Part shown: positions 54,213-64,000 of the stretch, piece by piece | How positions within the stretch are numbered: position 1 is the first letter of the stretch | How the letters are laid out: the number at the start of each line of letters is the position of its first letter | Source of the DNA: Chrysomallon squamiferum | Taxonomy: Eukaryota; Animalia; Mollusca | Reading direction: 5' to 3' | NCBI GenBank assembly: GCA_012295275.1 | Contig: CM022671.1 | Location: 7,812,001-7,876,000, forward strand | Length of the DNA: 64,000 nucleotides | Position numbers and translations under genes: made by a program | The notes under the pieces: model-generated | The model's database searches: none | The model's input: the letters and a program-made list of their open reading frames with translations, nothing else | What the model was told of the DNA's origin: nothing

Positions 54213-55499
54213 AACCTAAAATATAAATACATTTTTATGAAAACAAAGACAATTTAACAACCTACTATACATAATACAACTTGTGCTAATCATTTTAAAC
54301 AGGGTGGAAATTTGTTTTCCTTTAATTTTGCACGACTTGTGAAAAAGATATTCTGGAATTAAATATAACTATTAAATTAATAAATTGAAATGATCATTGA
54401 CTAAAATGCTAACAGAAATAATAAATGAAAATAGTTTCGTTCTCCAGCTTTGGTCTAAACTAATGTGGCACATAATATATATATCCATTAATAAAATATG
54501 CAACAATTATATATAAAAATAATGTATAAGAAAAAAATATATATTTATTACTATTATATATATATAAATTCAATTTTTAGTTGCTTTTTTTTTGTCCTCC
54601 CATGTTAGTTGCCTGTATTATTTTCACAGTGTCACAAAGATATTTGTAAAATATCTATTTGAAAAGTTGATGTATTCTCTGTGTTTTTATGTTGCTATAT
54701 CATGTGTGTATGTGCATATACGTATTTTTGTTTATGTATGAATGTATGTGTGTATGTATGAAGACAGAGAAAAAAATAGGAAATCCAATCCACTCCATTA
54801 CTTAAAATTATTTTTAAAAATCTCATTTAAAAAATTAACAGTATAAATTAAATAGTCAAATTTTACAAATAATTTGCAAACACTATTCTTAAAGAAAAAT
54901 TATTGATTGCATTTGTGTGGTTTGTGTCCATGTCTACATGCCTCAGTGTATATTATGTTTTTGAAGTTGTCGTTGTTGTTTTTTGTGGTTGTTTTTTCAC
55001 AAGCTTGTTATGAAATACTTTGCATAATACCTCAAAATCCTGCTCAAAATTTGAATAATTCATATATGCTTTTTGCAGATCAGTGCTTTAACTGTTAATT
55101 TTTTGTGTAATGTTTTAGAAATTTACTTATATTTTATTTATACTTAACTAATAATTATGTCTGCATCAAATGTTAGGTTTAATTAAACCTTTAACATCAT
55201 TAAAAGAAAGTTAAATGCTATAAAGCTCTGTATATATTATTTTAATAAGTAAGTTATTTCTGTGCAAAATACCAGTAAATATCTTCTTAACTGATATCAG
55301 ATAGTGACAATAATAAATAAACATATAACTGTCCAACAGGTATGCGACAAAAGACAAGTTCTGCACTGCAGAAGGTCACTTGTTTGTTGTTTACATTGAA
55401 AAGGGTCACCTCACACACACTTCTGTTTCATTATTATTTTTATATAATTTTTAAAACAACAAATATCATAAGATAGTTAACATATTCAGCCTTCATAAA

Positions 55500-56699
55500 C
55501 AGCAGAGAATCAACAAACTGATGACTGCGTGTCCAAGATAAGCTTACTTGGTACTTTAAATTATATACAAATTAAAATTATTGATTTCTCTCTCTTAGAC
55601 TGCCAAATTTCATACAAAAATTCTGGATAGAAGACAGTTAATTTTAGATACCAAAATGTGTTCTCAGCAAACGACGCGAAATGAAACAACACAGCGATAC
55701 GCCGATAGCCACTGTTTAATGTTTTACTAGTTCGATGGTTTGTTTATTTTACCGAGTTACCGAATATTTATGTAGCATAATGCAATGAATATGTGTCATG
55801 TGTGATATGGTGCTTCTAAACCTTTTAGGAAAATATTATTTTTGAAAATTTTGTCTGATAGTCATATTATAAATATATGATTTTCAACCGGAAGTTAACA
55901 TTCTTTAGACTTTGGATGAAACAATTTCACAGTAATTACCACAAATAAATATTTAACTAATAAAATGGTTGTGTGAATTTTTTGTAAAGCATGTAATGCA
56001 ATACAATTAAACTATGCAAAAACAATGACTAAGTGTACGAAATTAATTTTAATCTTGCAATAGTCATATATTATATATTATGATATAAATATAATATTAT
56101 AAATGTCAATCAGCCATTTTGATCTTTTTACATGCCAGTTTAACACTTGCTGTTATAAGCTGCCTATAATATACCCTTTGAAGATAATTTCTTTTTCAAA
56201 GTGTCATTTGTTTTTACTGAACAGAATGAGAGCACAGGAATTACATCCAATAATTTATACAAACCTGTCCAGCAGCCTCCATCTTGTGTTACTTCCAAAG
56301 TACTCGAGAGTTAACCGGAAATTGGTTGTCTAGAAGAAAAAAATGTGATATCATAGATTTATTCTGAGCAATAATAAATTGATCTAATAAAACTGGCAAC
56401 TTTAAGTTAGTTGTAATTTTCATGTAAATAAAATACATAATATGTTATGTGTGTATATGTTTAAAATAATATGAAATATTCAAAACATCTTCGAATACAT
56501 TATACAAATGATCATACAAAGTACATATTTTTGTTTAGTTTCACACTATTTGCTGTTGTGTTATTGAGCATCGTTCTTTCAGTTTTACACGATCATTTAT
56601 TTTATTACAATAATGATAAATTAATTGATGTTTCGCCGCATTCTATTTAATAAATGTGTTTATTGGATCTGTAGAAGGTGACAGCCCATTGCATATCTC

Positions 56700-56733
<34 letters not shown>

Positions 56734-57440
56734 TTATTATTATTATTATTATTATTACATGTATATGTTACAGAAATAAATGTATTGCTAAAATTTTCAG
56801 AAATTATATGTAATGTGGTTGCAGGTAGATCATCCTCTGAACTCAGTGGAGCATTTCATGAGGGAGGATTGGTGAACCAGAACCCAAAACTGAATTCCAC
56901 CGTGAAAGGTGATTATTTTGAAACTCAAGAAATTTGAGTCTAACAGTTGTACTGTTATCTCCTTACCAACAAATAAGTATGTCACAGTTTGCTCTTTCTA
57001 CGAACACTTGGGTGCGGATGCCTAGGTTTTCCTGTGGACAACAGTCAACTCTGACCACATTGCATTTAGTTCAGTGATAACACATATTTTCTTAAATTTT
57101 CAGGAATTATTCATATTTTCTGATAATACATATTTTATGTAAAATATATATTCCGAACTCTCTTAGAAACTACTTAATACTCCAATCGTTCTCGTTTGTA
57201 TTTTTCTAAAACTCAAATTTTTAATATCGTAACTTGCAGTATGCATTATATTTTATCTTAGATATTGATGAAAAAACACTCCCAAAACACTGAGTATAAA
57301 TTGTATCAAAAAAGACTGCATCGTACATACGTACAAAGTGTCTTCAGTTTTTAATCTTCGGAGACGTTACGTGTCTTTGAAAATGGAGGAAGTATCGTCC
57401 TAAGATAAAACCATGATGGCGTTGTCCATGTAACTTGTAA
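55500..57440. promoter_or_regulatory. CpG-enriched divergent promoter region between the synaptophysin-family gene (-) and MRPL2 (+)
   Basis: More CpG than flanks. ETS motifs ACCGGAAGT (55887) and ACCGGAAAT (56314). Candidate minus-strand 5' exon donors TTG|GTAAGG (56967) and CAA|GTAAGC (55548); plus-strand donor CTT|GTAAGT (57436); YY1-like ATGGCG at 57416. Confidence 0.45.
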
Positions 57441-58064
57441 GTGACCTGATCTTTTTAACAAATATATTAAACTAAAATATTCGAATCTTTTTATGGATTA
57501 AATACATCTCATGGCTGCTGTTTTAAATCCATTCTGTATACATGTGCGACATTAATAAAGCTCCACGATTATTATTTTTTCCCCATATATATCTAATTAA
57601 ACTAATTTGTAGAAGCATAATTTTCATTTTACTCGTAACTTACTCAAGTACTGAAGTAGTCATTGAAATGCTGTCTTTGTCTGGATACGACACCTGGTTA
57701 ATTTTTAAAATTAATTATATTACTTACTAGTACTATTTAGAGTTCTGCTAGTTTTAGTTTTATATGACTGATTGCGACGTTTAATTTTAAATTATTTTTG
57801 TTGTGAAGTCAATGTAGAGCTAGAACACCGTAAAAATGGATACGGATAGCGGAGTTTGAAGATTATTTGTCAAAACAACGAATCATTTTGTTGGTTTTCA
57901 TTTGTTACACTCTTGATAGTGATTTAAAAAAATATATTTTTTCAATAATTGTAAAAGTGTTCTTTCACTGAATATGAATTTTTAAAGATTATGTATATAT
58001 ATTTCGGAATTTTCAGGATTGTTTGACTTCTGAACAGAACGAACATTTCACCTATCTTGCCAGT

Positions 58065-58609
58065 ATGAGCTTAAAAAATCTGAGCAAAGCAATTTCTACC
58101 GTGCTGCAGAATATTTTGACTGCTACTAAATATGAAACTCTGGGAGGTCTTGCACAAAGGTATAATTTTAGACATAATTCTAACCTCAATTTAAGAAATA
58201 CTTTTTGTCATTTGTAATTTTTAAAGTTTAATATAATAATTCTCTGCTCCAAAATTATCTTCATTAGTTGACATCATTCTTCTGTATAAAAACAGACCAG
58301 TTAAATTGGTATTTATGTGTATAATAAATTTTAAGGGGACAAAAGTATTATAAAACTATTTATTATTAAATTGTATTTATCTATAGATAGTTAATGAGTA
58401 TCACTGATATAAAAATATGTTCATATGTACTTGTTGTAATATCTATTTCTATTTTGCTTATATTTATTTGTAAAACATTATCTTTATGTTTTTTAATCAA
58501 CCTTTTAATATGTTTCATTTTTCTTTTTTTTATTATTTTTATTTATTTATTAGTATTCTTTATTTATCTGGTTATTACTTTGTTGGTTATATTTAAATTT
58601 TATATTATT

Positions 58610-58645
<36 letters not shown>

Positions 58646-60504
58646 TTCTGATTCTTCTAGGCAGTTTCATGTCTCATCAGCAGACAATGGAAAGATGAAG
58701 TTTATCAAGCAAGGAATAGATCTAACAAAATACACACTAAGACCTTTACCTTATCCCAAGAGTGGGGGACGGGGCCATGATGGTGAGTGTATCAGTCATT
58801 ACTGAATATCTCTGCCTCAACTTCAGAACTGTACCCAGTAAATTAATTTATGTAGACTGTTGGTTTTAGTGTAAGTTTTATTTTCAGCCGTATATTGTTT
58901 TGTTGTTCTACTGAATTTGAGAAATAAATATGATATTAAAACATTTATAATAATAAAAAAGTAAAGCGTGTTCTTTCATCTTTTTTTTAAATCAAAATTC
59001 AATTTCTTGTATAGAGTAAAAGAACAAAATATAGCTACAATTACTCATATTAATCGTTTGGAAATATATATATTTCTAAATAAATCAAAAGTAATTATAA
59101 CTGTATTATTTAATATGAAATTATTTCTTTATTTTAGGGAGCATATTTAGACTCTTGATATTGGTGGGTATCAGAGTAATAAATAATATATATATATATA
59201 TATATATAGATATATTTCCAAATTTAATAATTTTCTTTATATATTAGGATGTATATTGACTTTTGGAATTGGTAGAGGTTAAAACATTTTAAAAATTAAC
59301 AGTTGTGTTTTCACACTGATTATTTATATCTTAGGACGCATATGGACCCATGGTGTTGGTGGTGGTCACAAACAACGTTTTAGAATGGTTGACTTCAAGC
59401 GAACTGCACCTGCTGACGGGCCCCCAGTTGTTGAAAAAGTGATGGCTGTACGCTATGATCCATGTCGTACTGCAGATATTGCTGTTGTTGCAGTTGGTGA
59501 AAGAAAACGCTACATTGTTGCATCACAGAACATGAAAGCTGGGGATTTGATAAAAACTTCAGGAAAAGTTACTAGAATTGCAGGTATTATTTTTTTATAT
59601 ATATATATATATTCATTTCCAGATGCATTAAGAAAATGTGAAATGTTTTTGCTAGCTAGTGAAGTTTGTTAAATGCAAAAAGGGTCATATACATTTTGAT
59701 TAATAACTGACAATTAATGATGTGCATTTGATGAACAGATAGGTTTTTCACTGAACAGTTTTGGTTTGATTTTGTTGGAGTATGTTGGTTTTTTTCTTTA
59801 TCAAATAGTAAATGTGTGTGTGTTTGTGTGCGTGTGTGCGTGTGTGTGTGTGTGTGTGTGTGCATATCAGTTTATTATTTTAATTTATTAATAATGTTTA
59901 AATTTTATTTTCAGTATTTTTCCATTTTGTATTTGAACCTGTAATATAATATTAAAAATAAAAAAAATAAAAATACTTTGTGTCTGTAATTTGATGTACA
60001 TTATGTATCATGGATGTGATTTTTGTTTAATTTGTAAAAAAATAAAAATTGTAACATGTAGATTGAATTATTATCATTACTTATATTCCAGTTAAGGCAG
60101 AAGAGGGTGATTCCTATCCTGTTGGTTCCCTCCCTTTAGGAACTCTTGTCCACTGTGTTGAAATGTACCCAGGTGAGGGAGGGAAGATAGCCAGGGCAGC
60201 TGGTACATGCGCACAACTTGTAAGAAAGATCGGAGACAGATGTTTTCTCAAGATGCCCTCAAAACGAGAGATCAATGTGTCTAATCAGTGTATGGCTACA
60301 GTGGGTCGGGTGTCTAATGTGGACCACGACAAGGAGCACATTGGTTCAGCAGGAAGAGCACGGTGGTTTGGAATTCGACCTCAAAGTGGCTGGTGGCACA
60401 GAAAAACGGGTTACAATGGACGCAAAATACGACCAATTAAACCAGCAAAAGTTTACACGCAACCAAAACCTCCCAGTCCTTCTGTGTATAAATACACATT
60501 TTAA
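58065..60504 (+). CDS. MRPL2: Mitochondrial large ribosomal subunit protein uL2m, 292 aa
   Basis: Exons 58065-58159, 58661-58782, 59335-59583, 60092-60504 with phases 2,1,1. Motifs [80 protein letters not shown]. Transit-peptide-like N-terminus. AATAAA at ~60685. Confidence 0.96.
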
Positions 60505-61020
60505 TCACTTCACTTTTTGTAATAAGTGGATATGTTTTAATTCTACATTCAGAATATCAGAATGTAATTTTTGAATTTTTGACTCGATGTGCTATGGAAC
60601 CATGCTACAGATTAGCTTTATATTAATTGTATTTGACTAAGGATATTTAAGTAATGGTTAATTATTTATAAAAAAAAGAAATGAAATAAATAATCTTACA
60701 CATTTATAGTTTTCTGTTATTATTTTGAAAATTCTTTGTTTTCTTTGAAATATTGGTTCATGTAATGTAAAATATATTTAAAAAAACCATAAAATCAAGT
60801 CTGGTTTAACTGAAAAAAAAAAAAAAAAAAAAAAAAAATATGTAAATCAAAATATATTGTTTCCCAGGATGTACTGAAGATCAGTAATATAATTTATGTG
60901 ACAATCCTGTCAACAGCTTTTTGCTGACGTAAGTAAGTGATGGTGTTCGTATGATAATTGTCAAGATGTGGTTGAAATCAGTTTTACATACAAAGGCAAC
61001 TGCAGAAGACATATTCAAAA

Positions 61021-63558
61021 ATGCTTCCTTTAAATATTGGTTAGTACATTATACTATACGTATCTTTTTTTCTATATGATTTGGGCAGATGAAAGTCAAA
61101 TTTTCAGACTAGCTGGGTATACCTGTATTGTAGCTTTGTAAATCTGTGTGTACAGATTTTCTTGAATATATTTTTATTCTGTGCAACTGAAATTTTTATT
61201 TATTTCTTCCAAGTTGGATTTCACAGTTACTACATGGAAAGATCTAAAATTAACAGAAATGTAAATAAAGGATTCAGAGAAAATGCCAGAATATTATTTT
61301 TAATGATATGGTTGGCTGATGTAGTTATCAAGTAGTGTGTACTAAATGGATTTGATTATTAAAAGGTTAAAACTAGTAATCCAAATTCTAAATCAAATCC
61401 AGCTGCCAAATTTGTAACATACACCTTTTTCATATTAACTGTTCTGTTCCGATTTTAATATCACAGCAATGTGCTTTTGCCAAATACAACTGTATTCAAT
61501 AAAGATTTATGGATTTTCTGAACCTAAGCATAATATATACCTAAAATATCAAATAAATGATGAAAAGTAAAGAATGAAAGACACAAATTAATAGACTTCA
61601 AAGTCAGTTTTTTGATAATTTCTGATTTCGTTGAAGCTGGTTAAATAGGTACCTGTACAAGTTTATCTTTGTAAATTATATTAATAACAAAAATTAGGAA
61701 AATAAATCCACTTAGATCTTTAACTAATTTTTTTTGGTATTTATATTCTCTGCAGGTGTTACCTTTGCCATCTTACTCTCAGGAGTTCAATGTTGTCTAA
61801 ATTTGGAGGTGATCAGATGTTATGCCAGAGTTGAAGACGCCATGCTGAAAATATCTGAAGGTGAATCCCCAGTCTATCCATTATTACAAGATGACTCATC
61901 ATGGGACAAATTTTGCAGGTATTTACTGTCTTGCACAAAAATAAGTTAGTGATTATTTAAAATGTTGTCAAAATTTATTAATTATTTCAGTTTATAATAA
62001 AAATATTTACCTACATACTTATTTAAAAAAAGAAGAAAAGATTTTATGTTTGCAAAAAAACCAGTGAGACAAATTCCTAATTTATGTAGATAATATCTGA
62101 AATGTTTCCCTGTTTAATCTGTAAATAGATATTATGACATATTAATTCATTCACTCTAAATAAAATTTTATTTTGTTAAAAAAATATTTCTACAAATATT
62201 TAATTAATAATTTTTTTTAAAACATAATGGTTTAGTAAAATTAATGTCAGATTATTAATAAAAGAAAGCTTTATATTAAAACAATGTGAAGTATAATGCA
62301 TATGAGCATTTTAATGTGTATATATATATATATATATATATATTTTAATATGTATTTGCATTTATGTATATATGGCTGACTAAATTTTTGCTAAAAATAT
62401 TTTTAATTTTAAAGTGTTCTGCATTTAATATGCATGAAGATGGTAGCAAAGAATCCATGTGTCTCTGATCAACTGTTTAAAAACTTGGTCAAGCAAAATA
62501 TGCCTCTGAAAATCTTTGAGATGTGTCTCAAAAGAACAACACTGTCAGTTACAAAAGAACAGTTTGCTATTCCAGCACTAGGCATCTTCTTTTACCAAGA
62601 AAAGAGTAATGATTATTCTGATAAGAAATATGACAATCAGGCCAAAACAGAAGTTAACTATGGTGATGGTGCTGATGATGGTGATAATGATGATAACATT
62701 CAAAGTGAGAAAGGAGATATTGGCTTTATTATTGTAAATGGAGCTGAAACAAATGATGATAAAGACATGAACATTAATATTGTGAATGGAGCTGAAATAA
62801 ATAACAATGGCGACATTAATTTTAACATTGTGAATGGAGCAGAAACAAATGACAATGGAGACATTAATTTTAACACTGTGAATGGCAAAGAAAAAGAAAA
62901 GGATGGACATGCTAGTTTTAACACTGTCAGTGAAAAAGAAAAAACTGACAATGGAGACATTGCCTTTGACTCTGTAAATGGAGAAATCAGCGACAGTGTC
63001 GGCAACAGCTTTAGTGACATTGCTGATACAGTTTGGGACAAATACAATACTGAAGATGTAACGAACTATGAAGACCAATACAGAGATTATGATAATTTTG
63101 ATGATAATGACAAATTTGAGGAAGAAGATGCGGAAGCAGAAAATAATACAGTTGAGCTGCCATTGGAGACACTGCAGGATGACTGGAGAGATGAACTGCT
63201 GAATGGAGATGTGATTGATATGACTGACTTTTACGATATGTCATCTGACTATATTCATGACGACAGTGATGATTTTGATTACTTCCATGATGATGTTAAT
63301 TATAATGAAGATGAGTATCATTATGAGATTGGCAATGGTGCTGCTGTTGTTGTTGTTAACTCTACATATGAACTGCACAATGATTCTAATCGTACTTTCC
63401 CTGACACTGATGGAAATTCCGATTCAGGAAGTTTGATATTATCAGCAGATAAAGAGTCACCATCTGTAAATGGAGCTAGGAAACTCAGAATATATTTCTA
63501 TCTCTTTTTCTGCCCTGCTGGTCTGGTAATTATTACCTCTGTCATTTTATTCTATTAA
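61021..63558 (+). CDS. Uncharacterised secreted, GPI- or TM-anchored acidic repeat protein, 441 aa
   Basis: Exons 61021-61039 (MLPLNIG|GTTAGT), 61756-61918 and 62415-63558 with phases 1 and 2. Signal peptide MLPLNIGVTFAILLSGVQC, Cys-rich ~80-aa domain, 6x16-aa repeats, D/E-rich region and hydrophobic C-terminus. Confidence 0.85.
62713..63000 (+). repeat. Six in-frame 48-bp (16-aa) coding tandem repeats
   Basis: GDIGFIIVNGAETNDD / KDMNINIVNGAEINNN / GDINFNIVNGAETNDN / GDINFNTVNGKEKEKD / GHASFNTVSEKEKTDN / GDIAFDSVNGEISDSV. Confidence 0.9.
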
Positions 63559-63619
63559 ACTATCTTAAAATGCAAATTTAATCAGGAAAGACATGCCTCT
63601 CAACAAATAACAATGTGTC

Positions 63620-63757
63620 AAAAATGTATTAAAATGCAAAATTCATTAAGGTATATGAAAAATGTATTATAATGCAAAATTAATTAAGGTATGATATGAA
63701 AAATGTATTATAATGCAAATTTAATCAATATAATGTCAAAAAACATATTAAAATGTC
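63620..63757 (+). repeat. ~38-41-bp minisatellite in the 3' UTR of the orphan gene
   Basis: aaaaatgtatta(a/t)aatgcaaa(a/t)tt... repeated 3-4 times. Confidence 0.75.
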
Positions 63758-64000
63758 CAGTGTTGATTTATTTACTTTTTTGCTTTATATCATTATTATT
63801 TCTCAACTTCAAAGATACATAAATTAAATAGTTCAGTATATTCTATGTGAGAATCTTAATTTTATGTGATGATGTAGGTAATAAAAGAAAAAAATATAGA
63901 AAAATAATTTAATGAGAAGAAAAATTGAATCTGAATGAACTTGGTAAATAAAAAAGACAGTATACAATACGGTTATTACTGCAATAGCTGCAAAACAGAG

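Noticed and set aside
56832-56869. Hairpin with CAGTGG loop, considered as an IRE or H/ACA snoRNA
   Set aside because: Upper 5-bp stem and C bulge do not fit an IRE; no H box, second hairpin or ACA tail.
60275-60574. 99-aa plus-strand ORF overlapping MRPL2
   Set aside because: Alternate frame of the MRPL2 last exon.
62578-63244. Three minus-strand ORFs (166, 115 and 77 aa)
   Set aside because: Antisense shadows of the repetitive D/N-rich coding exon.

Overview
AT-rich, intron-containing animal DNA, probably a gastropod mollusc (inferred from repeat types recalled from memory, not searched). I built five spliced protein-coding genes by hand from splice sites and reading-frame phases. (1) The 5' end of a minus-strand single-pass membrane protein of probable C3orf18/SMIM29 type, running off the window start. 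(2) HEMK1, a mitochondrial release-factor glutamine methyltransferase (+, 2531-6623, 8 coding exons, one GC-AG intron, apparent 1-nt frame discrepancy), head-to-head with (1). (3) A synaptophysin/synaptoporin-family gene (-, 54212 to 12608) with a 36-kb intron, two alternative C-termini, a candidate alternative start exon and a candidate recursive splice site. (4) MRPL2 (+, 58065-60504), head-to-head with (3). (5) An orphan 441-aa secreted/GPI-like protein with a Cys-rich head, six 16-aa EF-loop-like repeats and a very acidic stalk (+, 61021-63558). Repeats include a foldback element, a 139-bp 96%-identical inverted duplication bracketing the last HEMK1 exon, a Tigger4/MER46-like MITE, decayed SINEs, tandem duplications and microsatellites. 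No CRISPR array, tRNA or intact rRNA gene was seen.
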